In this document: positions 18,614 to 28,871 of the stretch, piece by piece
How positions within the stretch are numbered: position 1 is the first letter of the stretch
Layout: each line of letters opens with the position of its first letter
From: Leptospiraceae bacterium
GTDB taxonomy: Bacteria; Spirochaetota; Leptospiria; Leptospirales; Leptonemataceae
Length of the DNA: 64,000 nucleotides
NCBI GenBank assembly: GCA_040217195.1
Contig: JAVJNR010000002.1
Coordinates: 512,001 to 576,000, forward strand
Direction of reading: 5' to 3'
Program-made: the position numbers and the translations under genes
The notes under the pieces: generated by a model
The model's input: the letters and a program-made list of their open reading frames with translations, nothing else
What the model was told of the DNA's origin: nothing
Databases searched by the model: none

Positions 18614-21600
18614 TCAGAATTTGTAAGATGCGGAGACGGAGAAGTCGGTGCCGATCGTATAGCTATTGTAAGGTAATTCGCTCCCCAGTAGAGGGAATTC
18701 CTGAACAGACTCATACTTTTCTCCCGTAATGTTCTTTATCGAAGCCTTCATGCTTAGGTTGTCATTTGATTGATACTCGAAAACCAAATCTATAAAGCCT
18801 TTCCCTTTCTCTACAACGTTTGGTTCTCCCTGGGAGCCAGCGGCCGAGATACGGTCCCCGTAGTAGTTGTAGAAAAGGCCTGTCGACATCGTCTTTGCCT
18901 CATCCAAGAAATAGCTAATCTTGGCATTGTAAACGAGGTCGGATTGGCCTTGGAGCTCGCGCTCCAGGTCTGTGGGAGATAAGAGAGCTTCTTTGCTGTT
19001 CAGGTCAATCAACCCTGCCGCAGAGAAGTATTGTTCAATCCATGGCCGAACCGTTACCTGGGATTTGATAAGGAAGATGTTAGCTTCAACCCGAAATCTG
19101 GTAAGAAAATCTTTTCGAAAATCCACCTCAATGCCCTGAATTTTGCCTTGATCCCCATTAGAGAACACGAAGGTTCTTGACCCATCCCCGCTAGCAGGTT
19201 GCCCAACTAATTCAATGGGGCTGGACAGATTCTTGAGAAAAAGGCCCGCTCCAATGTAATCTGTCGCAGATAGGTACCATTCCCAGCGGAAGTCGTAATT
19301 GTGAATATAGGTACGATCCAGGAAGGCATTCCCTTGGACCCGATCTGCACCATAATAGGGAGTAAAAAAGAACTCGGAGAGTTCTCGCAGGTCTGGCCGG
19401 GTTACTGTTTCGCTATAGCCCAATCGCAGATTCATATCTTTTATGACCTCATAAACGATATTCAGGCTGGGAAAGATATCATTCCCTCGATTCTCCCCTA
19501 CGCCATTGTTGAAGCGGTCGCAGATATTGGCTCCAATAAGTTGCGGCCGAAGGTATTCCAGCTCCCCGTCAAGGGTGCAACCGTATCGAACCTTTTCATA
19601 AGGACGGTCGCTTGGAAATGTAATAGTCTTCTGGTAGTTATCCTCATACCTGAATCCGCCAGTGACGCGCAATTTGCTTGTTACCGGTAGGTCAGTCTGA
19701 ATGAAATAGGCATGCAGTTTCTGATTGGCTTCATAAGTATCGTTCTGGCCTACTTGTTGCCCAAAACGATACTCCTGAGCGAATATACGGGCAGGGTTAA
19801 ATGTCACTTCACCAGGTGTGGGAAAAGTCTCAGCCACCCCTGGAGCCACGGCCAACCTCTGATACAGATAGGTCCGGGATTCAAAATCTTTCGTCCTATC
19901 AATTGCCTCATACCCGAATTTTAGCTTACTTTGTAATCCGTCCCACTGCTCATAGGGGAGTTCATAGGAGATCTTGAAGCTCTCCGCAACATCTTCCGTG
20001 CGCGAGTAGAAACGGCGGCCGTCAGTACCTATTCTTTGGGCTGGGTCTGCACTCCCGGGATTTTTTTCCCACCCACGGGTTTTGAAGTCTGGCTGATCTC
20101 GTCCGGCCAGCGAATATCCATAAGTCCACTCAATCTCGTGGGGCTTTCCGTTCGATAGGATGTTCGCTGCATGCTTACCTCCGAATGTGTGATGCAGAAT
20201 TTCATTTGCGATATACCCACTGTTCTCATTGATGAACTCACGTTGCTGAGGTTGGTCATTGTAACCCAGGCCAAGCCGATACTCCTTCTCTCCCTGTGTG
20301 GAATAGAAAGTGCGCGAAGTGAATTGATGACCATTTATTGGGGTAAACGCCAGATTAAGGTTATTTCCCCATAAGACCTCTTCAATGTGCTCAGTTGCGA
20401 ATTGCACCTGACGAAACGCCGGTACTGCGATGTCTGAGAGCAAGGACTCATTGCCAAAGGGAACGCTGATATCATATCGATAGTCTTCAGTTTTTCGCTT
20501 TCGATACTTGCGACTGTAAGAAGAGCCAAAAATATAGCCGAACTTCATGCCATTATCAAAAAGGATACTATCGCCAATAGTAAAACTCAGGCTCTTATCT
20601 ACTGGCGCCGTGATTCGACGCGGAGACCAATCTTGGTTGAATCCGGCATGGGCTAATTCGACTAAAGAGGCAGGGATCCCCCCCAGGGTGTCACCTTCAA
20701 CCAGCGGAGCTATATTCGGAAGTTCTCGAACTAACTGAGGAGGGGCCCATTTTTCTGAACCGAACCCAAAAAAATCGTTCGGTCCCAGTCCCAGGTAGTC
20801 ATTGCCTCCACCCTTCACTTGCTTAAAATGACGGCCGGTGGTGATGGAGTTATAGCCGAGGCCTGCACCCATGATCAGAGTAAATTCATCGGGATATTCT
20901 TTGGTTTCTATCTGAACCAATCCGCCAGAGAATTCGGCTGTATATTCCGGAAGAAAAGTCTTCATTACCCGAATATTCTTAATTAGTGATGCAGGAAACA
21001 GGTCCATAGGTATGACCCGTTTATCCGGAATAGGAGAGGCAATGTTTGCTCCGTTGAGCATTGTTGTGGAGTACCTTTCGCCCAGTCCGCGGACAAAGAC
21101 ATACTTTCCGCCGATTAGTGTAATACCCGTGACTCGTTTCAGGACATCTCCAGCGGAACTGTCCGGGCTTTTTTTGATTGCCTCGGCACTAATGCCGTCA
21201 GTCACGTTGGGAGCCTTTTTCTGCAAGGCCAGCAGGGAAGCCTCGGTGTTGTTTAGAGACCTGCCCGTTACTACCACTTCCGCTTCAGTAGCGGCCGGAG
21301 TGCCCATGGTCACATTTACGCTGACTGCCTGACCCGGTTCAACATTGACTACTCTTGAGCGGTTCTCGAATCCTACCATTTGATAGACGAGGGTGTAACT
21401 CCCCGGTGGAAGCTGTAACTGATACTTACCGTCGAAATCTGTCTGGGCAAACTGGTTTTGCCCCTGCACTATGACGGTAACGCCATACACTGGTTCGCCA
21501 GTGATACTATCGAGTACTTTGCCCCTAATCATTGATGTCTCCTGCGCCATTAGGCCGCCAGAAGGGACCACAATAAGCGAAGCAATCATAGCGATCCCGG

Positions 21601-21649
21601 AAAGCGCTGCCTTCACAGAGTAGGAACAAAGCCATTTTCCTTTATTCAT
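18614..21649 (-). CDS. TonB-dependent receptor with N-terminal carboxypeptidase-regulatory-like domain
   Basis: Signal peptide, IRGKVLD..TGEP, plug VRGLGERY and FSGGLV, beta-barrel ending ASYKF. Confidence 0.93.
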   Translation of the reverse strand: MNKGKWLCSYSVKAALSGIAMIASLIVVPSGGLMAQETSMIRGKVLDSITGEPVYGVTVIVQGQNQFAQTDFDGKYQLQLPPGSYTLVYQMVGFENRSRVVNVEPGQAVSVNVTMGTPAATEAEVVVTGRSLNNTEASLLALQKKAPNVTDGISAEAIKKSPDSSAGDVLKRVTGITLIGGKYVFVRGLGERYSTTMLNGANIASPIPDKRVIPMDLFPASLIKNIRVMKTFLPEYTAEFSGGLVQIETKEYPDEFTLIMGAGLGYNSITTGRHFKQVKGGGNDYLGLGPNDFFGFGSEKWAPPQLVRELPNIAPLVEGDTLGGIPASLVELAHAGFNQDWSPRRITAPVDKSLSFTIGDSILFDNGMKFGYIFGSSYSRKYRKRKTEDYRYDISVPFGNESLLSDIAVPAFRQVQFATEHIEEVLWGNNLNLAFTPINGHQFTSRTFYSTQGEKEYRLGLGYNDQPQQREFINENSGYIANEILHHTFGGKHAANILSNGKPHEIEWTYGYSLAGRDQPDFKTRGWEKNPGSADPAQRIGTDGRRFYSRTEDVAESFKISYELPYEQWDGLQSKLKFGYEAIDRTKDFESRTYLYQRLAVAPGVAETFPTPGEVTFNPARIFAQEYRFGQQVGQNDTYEANQKLHAYFIQTDLPVTSKLRVTGGFRYEDNYQKTITFPSDRPYEKVRYGCTLDGELEYLRPQLIGANICDRFNNGVGENRGNDIFPSLNIVYEVIKDMNLRLGYSETVTRPDLRELSEFFFTPYYGADRVQGNAFLDRTYIHNYDFRWEWYLSATDYIGAGLFLKNLSSPIELVGQPASGDGSRTFVFSNGDQGKIQGIEVDFRKDFLTRFRVEANIFLIKSQVTVRPWIEQYFSAAGLIDLNSKEALLSPTDLERELQGQSDLVYNAKISYFLDEAKTMSTGLFYNYYGDRISAAGSQGEPNVVEKGKGFIDLVFEYQSNDNLSMKASIKNITGEKYESVQEFPLLGSELPYNSYTIGTDFSVSASYKF

Positions 21650-21701
21650 TCTATATTCCTCGTGAAAAAATATTCCTAAATTTCTACTGACATTTGGCTA
21701 A

Positions 21702-22319
21702 TTAATCTCGGGCAAGGCTTACAACCTTGAACTTGCCCTGGTTTTCTAGTACGGTCCGGATGCCGGTGAAATACTCTGTCTCGCTTCCTCGCGAAAGCTC
21801 CACATGTTTCACTCTATGTAAAGTTACGTTTCCAAATTTCCGGGACGATTGCCATTGTATTCCCTTGATAACCCATTCTTGGTCTTTATAATCATCAATG
21901 AGCGATTCAAGATGACGCTGCTGAAAAAGATTGTGAACAAAGAAGGCTTTCTCAAAATTTCTGCCGGGATCCAGAGTGTAAACGTCAGAATGATGGATCC
22001 AATACGTGCGTATGAATTGATCATGCTCTGTAATGAATGAGACTTGGGCCTGTGCCTTCTGGCCGCGCAGTATGGAATTCATAAGATTCAATACTGGTGC
22101 CTCCCGGTCAGTGTAGGGGCTCTGTAGGGGAGTGGACAGGGATCGAAGTTCTTGGATTCTCTTCTCCCGTTCTTTCAGTTCCGCTTTAAGTTCAGGTGAT
22201 CGCTGATCCATAATGTACTGATCCATGTCGTTTGAATCAGCCTCGGAGCAGCCGCTTTGGTGTAGAACCAGTGTTATGATTAATAAGAAAAGTATGACTT
22301 TGGAAATATTTGGATTCAT
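21702..22319 (-). CDS. Hypothetical protein, probable lipoprotein
   Basis: Hydrophobic N-terminus ending QSG-C; lies between the lipoprotein and TBDR genes. Confidence 0.75.
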   Translation of the reverse strand: MNPNISKVILFLLIITLVLHQSGCSEADSNDMDQYIMDQRSPELKAELKEREKRIQELRSLSTPLQSPYTDREAPVLNLMNSILRGQKAQAQVSFITEHDQFIRTYWIHHSDVYTLDPGRNFEKAFFVHNLFQQRHLESLIDDYKDQEWVIKGIQWQSSRKFGNVTLHRVKHVELSRGSETEYFTGIRTVLENQGKFKVVSLARD

Positions 22320-22333
22320 CGTCTTTAAGGGAG

Positions 22334-22356
22334 AAAAGGCGCCCCAGTGGGGCGCC
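22334..22356 (-). terminator. Intra-operon terminator after the 434-aa lipoprotein
   Basis: GGCGCCCC-ACT-GGGGCGCC followed by TTTT on the minus strand. Confidence 0.75.
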
Positions 22357-22367
22357 AGGTTTTATTA

Positions 22368-23672
22368 CTATTTATTTACCCAGTAAGTCCAGCTGCTGTA
22401 CCAATCTGAATCAGTCGCACTGTTTGCCTGAGTAAAAAAGACGGGTGCTGCACTGGGATTGCTCGCAGACCAATCCGTCTGTACCACTGCCGACCGGTTT
22501 ATTGAGGTAACAGAACCACAGCCGTTCAAGGTGGCTGTGCCGGTATTGTCGTTGTCGGTGAAAGAGGTGAAATCTGATCTCAAGTTACTGCCGCAATTAA
22601 GAGTCGTGGTTGCGCCAGCATCCTTCCCTTCTACTTCTCCAAGTTCAGCATAACTTACCACCACGCCATTCGATAGGCTCGTAACGGTGAGGCCCTCGGT
22701 GAAATACATGCCCTGGTGGTCTGTGTTACTGTAGTCCGAATTCAGTCCAACCAGAGTGAAGTTGGAGATGGTCACTTGAGAGCAGCGATTATTAGCATCG
22801 CAACTACCGCCGTTATCGGCTCCATCCATTTCAAAACCACGAGGGTTGGAGCTAATGGAAACGCCCGAGGATTGTGGATATCTGTAATCAATAAGGTAAT
22901 TCAGAGTTCCTCGGTATCCACGGTCTGCATCGAATGTGTCATCGCCAACACCACTACCTACTAGATGATCAGCGTTGGCCGCTCCGCCAAACCATTCAAA
23001 GCCATCATCTTTGGTCATATGGGCTTGAAGATAGCTTAGGGTGGTCCCGCTGCCCACCGAGTAGAGAGACAGAGCATTCAATTCCTGGTCAGTTGCGACT
23101 TCAAATCCAGCGTACTCGAAACGAGCATAGGTAATGCTACCTGAGCTGTCCGAGTCCGTGGAACCGGCACCATAGGGCTGTGGAGAAGTTCCTTCGGTGT
23201 TATCGGACTTGGAAGCTGTGGCGTTCCCAATAATTACTAGCCCGCCCCAGTCCGCAGGTGCGCGCGATCCCGTAGCCTGTGACGAAGTGAAGATAATAGG
23301 AGCTCCCGACGTCCCGTTAGCAACTATGTCAGCTCCGTTCAGTACGAATAGACTAGACCCACTTCGACCTTGAACACAGGATCCAGCAGGGATAGTGATG
23401 GTAGCACCGCTCTGAATAAAGACAGTGCCATCCAGGGCCGTACAATTCCCCCAGGTTTCTGACGAGGTAATTGTGCCGCTCTTTGTGACAAATGAGCTTG
23501 AATCCGGGCAGTAAGTGGTGCAAGAATTGCTCCCACTACCGGCGATCAAGGCCAATGCGAGAAGAGCATCATTGTTCTCTTCGTCTTCGAGACCTAGCAG
23601 GCTACATTGCGCAGTGAGTGCTGAAACAGCAATCAGCGCTGCAGCGCTTTTAAGCATTTTCATTCCTTTCAT
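22368..23672 (-). CDS. TBDR-associated beta-helix-like surface lipoprotein (ElpS/LipL48-like by recall)
   Basis: Lipobox LTAQ-C; PIIFTS, DWGGLVIIG, YARFEYAG, ELNALSLYSVGSGT, DDGFEWFGG; GAGGAG RBS. Confidence 0.75.
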   Translation of the reverse strand: MKGMKMLKSAAALIAVSALTAQCSLLGLEDEENNDALLALALIAGSGSNSCTTYCPDSSSFVTKSGTITSSETWGNCTALDGTVFIQSGATITIPAGSCVQGRSGSSLFVLNGADIVANGTSGAPIIFTSSQATGSRAPADWGGLVIIGNATASKSDNTEGTSPQPYGAGSTDSDSSGSITYARFEYAGFEVATDQELNALSLYSVGSGTTLSYLQAHMTKDDGFEWFGGAANADHLVGSGVGDDTFDADRGYRGTLNYLIDYRYPQSSGVSISSNPRGFEMDGADNGGSCDANNRCSQVTISNFTLVGLNSDYSNTDHQGMYFTEGLTVTSLSNGVVVSYAELGEVEGKDAGATTTLNCGSNLRSDFTSFTDNDNTGTATLNGCGSVTSINRSAVVQTDWSASNPSAAPVFFTQANSATDSDWYSSWTYWVNK

Positions 23673-23739
23673 TCTATTAAACTCCTCATTCGGTCAATGG
23701 ACCGTATGGATATTGATAAGTGCATATATCACTCGCACT

Positions 23740-23777
23740 GTGACATACTTGTGTCGTCACAGTGAAGAATCTGTGGT
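23740..23777 (-). promoter_or_regulatory. Four 11-bp-period direct repeats, Pho-box-like
   Basis: Minus-strand cores ACCAC, TTCAC, GACAC, GTCAC at exact 11-bp spacing, about 68 bp upstream of ATG 23672. Confidence 0.55.
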
Positions 23778-23962
23778 GCAGCGCGCCTACGCATTGCACT
23801 TCAAAATTCCTTACGAATTGAGGAGAATATGCTTACAGAGCAGTGACACTAATGTGCCGTAGGTATTACGATTGTGTGTCTCGGGCTGGCCGGACACTCG
23901 ATGCTGGAATGTGGCGTCTTCCCTTGGTCAGGCAAGCGATTGAGCGAATGGGAACAGATGCA

Positions 23963-23992
23963 CCCCACCCATTCCTGAAGGAAAGGGTGGGG
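23963..23992 (-). terminator. Stem-loop after the large lipoprotein gene
   Basis: CCCCACCC.TTCC-TGAA-GGAA.GGGTGGGG; weak U-tract. Confidence 0.45.
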
Positions 23993-24006
23993 GGCGAAGA
24001 AATGAC

Positions 24007-27000
24007 TTAATCCTGAACGAACTCTAGCCAGTAGCCGCGGTGCAGGGCCCTTTGGTTTACGACCTGGAAAGTTGTGCCAGTGAAAAAGTTGTTCACAGCC
24101 GGCGAGAGGGTGTTCTGCAACCTTCGACAAATATCGTCATTCGGCCAGGAATGGGGCATGATTTGCGTCAGGTCTGTTGATCCAGCCTGGCATTGCCATC
24201 CTTCAAAGAAATTCATAGAGCCGGAGCTTCCACTGGAGTCTACCCTGTGGCAAGTGTGATAGCTAAATCGACATGTTACTTCCTTCCATTGATACGGTTG
24301 GTAACCTCCGTGCGGCGTTCTTTGAACGTTGTAAGACCAATGCCAGTTCGGATCTGGCGTGGCTGGTGGTGAGCCGGGGGGAAAGTACTGGCTGCCTCGT
24401 CCTTCAATAAAGCCTGCCTGGATGGATTGACTAATGGATGCCGTTTTCGCACCACCGGTGCAGCTACCTGGATCGTCCGTGAAAGAGTAGTCCAGCTGAT
24501 AGTCGCCGGTTTCGTCCGGACGGATCGTAACGAATTTTCTTTGATCAGGCCGAATGTCGATCAGAGGGTTCACCGCGCTACCACCAGGTCGAGAGACGAG
24601 ATCAATGGTCTCATCATAATTAGCTGTATTGGCCTGACAGGAAGCCCCATCTGGATCGGTGGCTACCATCTCTGCACGAAATGGTCCGAAATACTGCCAG
24701 GAGGAGCTCCAAAAGCTTCGATATCCTGTTGTATTCCAGCGAAAGGGGTAGGTGGGATAGCTACCTGTTGGAAATATTGCCCGGCCAGGATTCGTGGGCA
24801 CCAGGCTGGCAAAAGGGGCAAGATTTGTGTTTTTTACTCGGACAAAGCCAAATTGATGAGGATCGTAGAATACATTGCTGCTACTACTTCCAGAGTTAGC
24901 AAGGGAAGATCCATCAGGTGAATCGAAAGGAAGGGAATAGGCTACGGGATTCGCATCATTACTGCCAGCCAGGATTATACCGAATTCGGGGAATACATGG
25001 ATACGACCTGCTCCCAGGGGGTTCGGAGATGTGTCAACTACCGTTAGATGCCCATTCGCCTGATTGATTTCAAAAACCCGTACTGTGTTGCTTGAGGAAT
25101 CGGCTACATAAAGGTATCGACCGTTTGGGTGTATAGAGGCTTGACGGTATGCTTCATGTTCCAATTCGAAGGAGTAGCCGCTTTGATCAATACTCCAGTC
25201 GCCGGCTCTATCAATTGTATAGAGCTTGATCTGCTGATAGCCCATTACATATACAAAAGTATTGTTCGGATGAATAAGGACATGATAATCCTCTGTTGAC
25301 ATTCCAAACCCTGCTTTGTATCTCTCGGTGAGATCTCCGTGGCTATCTGCTGTAATGACCGCATGATAACCGTAATCGTCAGCCTTGGCTACAATCAATG
25401 ATCCATCCGCAGAAATGTCAGCGGGTCTCGGGAAGCTACGTGGGGCTACGTTATGATAACCTGCCAGCGTCAGGCTTCCATCGCCTGGATTAATTCGGTA
25501 ATGTGCAATACAGGCTGGAAATGTGCCTCCACAGTAGCCATTGGCCGTGAAAAAGACGTAAGCGTTTCTACCATCCGGAGAAAAGCGAATTCGGTCTCCC
25601 GCCGGGCCTGCAATTGCGCCGGGTTGATAGAATTGTACTAAAGACAATGCCCCAGTATTTTGATCGATTCTATAATGGCCGATCAGAGGATCTCCGTTTG
25701 CCTGCGTCTGCTGAAAAGCATATAGATACTGTCCCGAAGGGTGGACACCAATGGTATTTACCTGATGCGCTGTTTGAAGTTGACCCGCAGGGTCCAGGGA
25801 AAGATCTTCCAGATTGAACGTGGCCCAATAGATTGCCCTGCGGTCATCTGCCTGGTTTAGCCAGTACGCAAACTTGGGGTAATCCCCTGCAATAATCTCC
25901 ACGTCCAGGTCGCCAGCATCCGACACTGCCAGATTACCGGCCGCATCTCGAGCCCATATTCTATAGCTGTGGCTGCCGATGGGCAAATATTGCATGTTAC
26001 CAGGCATTTCGGTGGTCCATCGAGAATCTGAAAGCTTTGGGGTTTCTCCGTTGGTGGAAACCAGCCATTGAGTAATACCCACATTGTCCGTGGCATCAAT
26101 GTCAAAGGTCAGTAGCGGATACCCCGTGGGGCTGGGACTGGTTCGAGTCACCGAGTTGAACACCGGAGCCTCCGCATCTGGATTGCGCGGATCTGTATTT
26201 GCGATAATTTCTTCTAGGTCTGTAAGTCCATCGCCGTCGGAGTCCTCTGTTGTATGCAGAGTCCTTTGTCCACTTGCATAGATGTGATCCGGATTCAGTT
26301 CATAAGCATCTTTAATTCCATCATCGTCCGAATCCAGGTCTGTGGAGAGTTCTACCACCTTTGCAATGGAATAGTCTCCGCCGGAGTCCACGCTGAATAT
26401 GGAGAAATAGTAGGTTTGGTCTTCGTTCAATCCTTCCGCTGTATAGATTTCAGTGGAATGCTCTACGCCCACAGCCGGGCTACCTTCAGAAGGCGAAAGG
26501 GTAGGGGTATTCAACTGCCGACGAATTACTACATTCTGGATGTCGACTCCGTCCGGAAGAAGCCAGAATAGCGTCCCCTGATCGCTTCCTGGTATGGCAT
26601 GAGTGTTCTCTACTTGCGGAATGCCGGTGCTTCCATCAAAGCCAGCGCACAGGCTGCTTGCAGGTTCGGGAATGGAAGAGGGTACCGACTTTATGGCCAG
26701 CCAGTAATTTGTATCCACATTGGTAAATCCAACAATGCCGTTACGGTTTCCGGGGAGGGTAATGGACTCATTCTCGGACATGGTACGGGCAAATACTTTA
26801 TAGTGACCTACTGCATCGGTAGTCTCAATGGTTCGGCCTGTGTCCGAAAAACCCAGGGATGTAATCCAGGGCGCATCGGATGGTCCCCTGGAGTCATACA
26901 TCAAATAGATCACCAGATTGTCTGGTGCGGTGAATTCTATGTAGTTTGTGGCGGTACTTTGTTTGTGTTGCGCGAAGGTCCCGCAGAAATCCAGGCCTGC

Positions 27001-27777
27001 AGTGGGTGTGCCTCCGTTGCAAGTTGCAATTCCCAGAGCTCCTTCCAGGCCCAGTTCGCTAAAATCGGTGCTACCCTGGATGACGTAGTCCCGGTCGTTG
27101 TAGTACCTGAAATTTTCGCCGATGACCATATACTGAGCGTTGCCACCGCTAAGATTGGCTCCGTATTCATCAATAATACATTGTGGAGGGGAGGCTACAG
27201 CTTGTCCGGAAGGCACGGGTAATGCGGTAAGTACAAAGGGTGTAAAATGCGTTGTATAGACAGTAACGGTGCCGTTCTCCGTGTCCACGGTTACGTTTCG
27301 CACAGGATTCCAGCTTCCGGTCTGTTCACTGTAGTAGAATGCAGTGAATTCTTCCATGAAGCCTGCCTCTGCCAGAGCCTCACCATCGTATTCGTATACC
27401 AACTTGGCCGGCTGGTCCTCCGGAAGATTGACTGAGCTTCCATCCTCTATTCCAGTGGCGGCAAGGACTCTTGGATCCAATTCTACGTCATGGACCTTGC
27501 TCACAGGAACAAACCTGCCCGGTAAGTTGGATGGCCATTCTACCTCTGATTCCGCCACGCTGAAGGCTTCTGCAGGGATCTCCCCGGAGAGCTCCAGCCC
27601 CGGGTCTGATGCGAGTACCACGGGCGCCGGATTTGCGTTGGGCTCATGTCCTAGAAAGGCCATCCATGCAGGAAGCCCTCCATCATCCTTGCTTCCATTT
27701 TCGTTTAGCACAGCAATACAATGGGAGCTGCCCAGTATGAGAACTGATAGTAATGTAGTAATGAGTATTCGTTTCAT
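24007..27777 (-). CDS. Large mosaic surface lipoprotein: ZU5-like, FN3/Ig-like, TSP3 Ca-binding repeats, lactonase-like beta-propeller, PKD-like
   Basis: Lipobox SSH-C; VYTTHFTPF; DSDDDGIKD and DSDGDGLTD; WARDAAGN; HPSGQYLY, SPDGRNAY, HPNGRYLYV blades. Confidence 0.75.
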   Translation of the reverse strand: MKRILITTLLSVLILGSSHCIAVLNENGSKDDGGLPAWMAFLGHEPNANPAPVVLASDPGLELSGEIPAEAFSVAESEVEWPSNLPGRFVPVSKVHDVELDPRVLAATGIEDGSSVNLPEDQPAKLVYEYDGEALAEAGFMEEFTAFYYSEQTGSWNPVRNVTVDTENGTVTVYTTHFTPFVLTALPVPSGQAVASPPQCIIDEYGANLSGGNAQYMVIGENFRYYNDRDYVIQGSTDFSELGLEGALGIATCNGGTPTAGLDFCGTFAQHKQSTATNYIEFTAPDNLVIYLMYDSRGPSDAPWITSLGFSDTGRTIETTDAVGHYKVFARTMSENESITLPGNRNGIVGFTNVDTNYWLAIKSVPSSIPEPASSLCAGFDGSTGIPQVENTHAIPGSDQGTLFWLLPDGVDIQNVVIRRQLNTPTLSPSEGSPAVGVEHSTEIYTAEGLNEDQTYYFSIFSVDSGGDYSIAKVVELSTDLDSDDDGIKDAYELNPDHIYASGQRTLHTTEDSDGDGLTDLEEIIANTDPRNPDAEAPVFNSVTRTSPSPTGYPLLTFDIDATDNVGITQWLVSTNGETPKLSDSRWTTEMPGNMQYLPIGSHSYRIWARDAAGNLAVSDAGDLDVEIIAGDYPKFAYWLNQADDRRAIYWATFNLEDLSLDPAGQLQTAHQVNTIGVHPSGQYLYAFQQTQANGDPLIGHYRIDQNTGALSLVQFYQPGAIAGPAGDRIRFSPDGRNAYVFFTANGYCGGTFPACIAHYRINPGDGSLTLAGYHNVAPRSFPRPADISADGSLIVAKADDYGYHAVITADSHGDLTERYKAGFGMSTEDYHVLIHPNNTFVYVMGYQQIKLYTIDRAGDWSIDQSGYSFELEHEAYRQASIHPNGRYLYVADSSSNTVRVFEINQANGHLTVVDTSPNPLGAGRIHVFPEFGIILAGSNDANPVAYSLPFDSPDGSSLANSGSSSSNVFYDPHQFGFVRVKNTNLAPFASLVPTNPGRAIFPTGSYPTYPFRWNTTGYRSFWSSSWQYFGPFRAEMVATDPDGASCQANTANYDETIDLVSRPGGSAVNPLIDIRPDQRKFVTIRPDETGDYQLDYSFTDDPGSCTGGAKTASISQSIQAGFIEGRGSQYFPPGSPPATPDPNWHWSYNVQRTPHGGYQPYQWKEVTCRFSYHTCHRVDSSGSSGSMNFFEGWQCQAGSTDLTQIMPHSWPNDDICRRLQNTLSPAVNNFFTGTTFQVVNQRALHRGYWLEFVQD

Positions 27778-27918
27778 AATTGTTTCCGATAGTCGTTACC
27801 TAAAACGGTAATATATATTTAGTACCGGGTCATGGATCAGTGCTGGCGAATCCAATGTCAAGGTACTTGGGGACCAGGTTGCAAAAACTAACGTTAAAAT
27901 GATAATTCGCTTTCCCTT

Positions 27919-27967
27919 GTTTCGGAATCATTGCGAAAGGATGTCTTTAATGTTACAGAATTATTGC
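27919..27967 (-). promoter_or_regulatory. Five 11-bp-period direct repeats, Pho-box-like
   Basis: Minus-strand cores GCAAT, GTAAC, GACAT, GCAAT, GAAAC at exact 11-bp spacing upstream of ATG 27777. Confidence 0.55.
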
Positions 27968-28123
27968 GATAGCGTGTCTGGCCGATGGTGTAGCCGGGAA
28001 GCCATTGGATAGATCCGATCAGGCCATTCCCTGCCTGTATTCCGGGAACTATGGGTGAAGCGAAAAAATATCCGTCGAAAGTCGGTTCGGCACCTGTGTG
28101 CAACCGGACCGAGGTCCGGCGAA

Positions 28124-28732
28124 TTAAATCAACTGAAAACGAATGGGAACGTTGATCTTAACCGTAATGGGCTTTCCTTCTTTATAGGCCGGGGTGAATC
28201 GCTTGGAATAGTATGTCTGAACAGCCGATTGATCCAGGCCATGCCCCAGACCTTTCAGCACTCGGGCGCGAAGGACTCTACCATCTTCGCCGATTACCAG
28301 TTCCAGAACCAGCATTCCTTCAATACCCGCGCTTCTGGCTTCTGGCGTATAGGGAGGTTTGACTCCAGGACTGAGATCCACCGGAGGAGTAGCTCCAATG
28401 GCAAAAGGATTCTGAGCACCAACGATTCGCTGGTCTTCTACTTTCTCTTTCTTTAGTTCATCGGTTTTGCGGATTTCGCCTTCTGCCGGGGGAACTTCTA
28501 CATCCGGCTGCTTGACTTTTACGTTGTCCACAAATTGGATTTCTTCATAGATATCTTCATCTGTGTTAAAAGCCTGGGGAGGAAAATACATGAAATATAG
28601 AAACAGGAACTGAAACGTACCGGAGAGCAGGCCCAGTACCCAGAATCGATTCTGATGGAACCAGATGGCAAATTTCTCTTTGCCGGTCCTTTGAATGGTA
28701 GGACTATTCTTTGTGATTTCTGCAGCAGTCAT
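28124..28732 (-). CDS. tonB: Energy transducer TonB
   Basis: N-terminal TM; YTPEARSAGIEG, GLGHGLDQSA, FTPAYKEGKP. Confidence 0.9.
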   Translation of the reverse strand: MTAAEITKNSPTIQRTGKEKFAIWFHQNRFWVLGLLSGTFQFLFLYFMYFPPQAFNTDEDIYEEIQFVDNVKVKQPDVEVPPAEGEIRKTDELKKEKVEDQRIVGAQNPFAIGATPPVDLSPGVKPPYTPEARSAGIEGMLVLELVIGEDGRVLRARVLKGLGHGLDQSAVQTYYSKRFTPAYKEGKPITVKINVPIRFQLI

Positions 28733-28871
28733 AATCTATATCAAATCTTCGTATTTATCCCTGTTTCTGATTCGCGGATCATCGCTAACCAGATAACTGG
28801 GCCGGGAAAACTCATTAAAAGTGATGTATTCCAATTGATGCATTCCAATTGCCATCCATGGCTATCCTGAT

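Noticed and set aside
23821..23846. AGGAG followed by mini-ORF MLTEQ
   Set aside because: Five codons, antisense to the locus, no supporting evidence
27868..27883. GG-N10-GC sigma54-like element TGGGGACCAGGTTGCA
   Set aside because: Poor -24 match and points away from the nearest gene start
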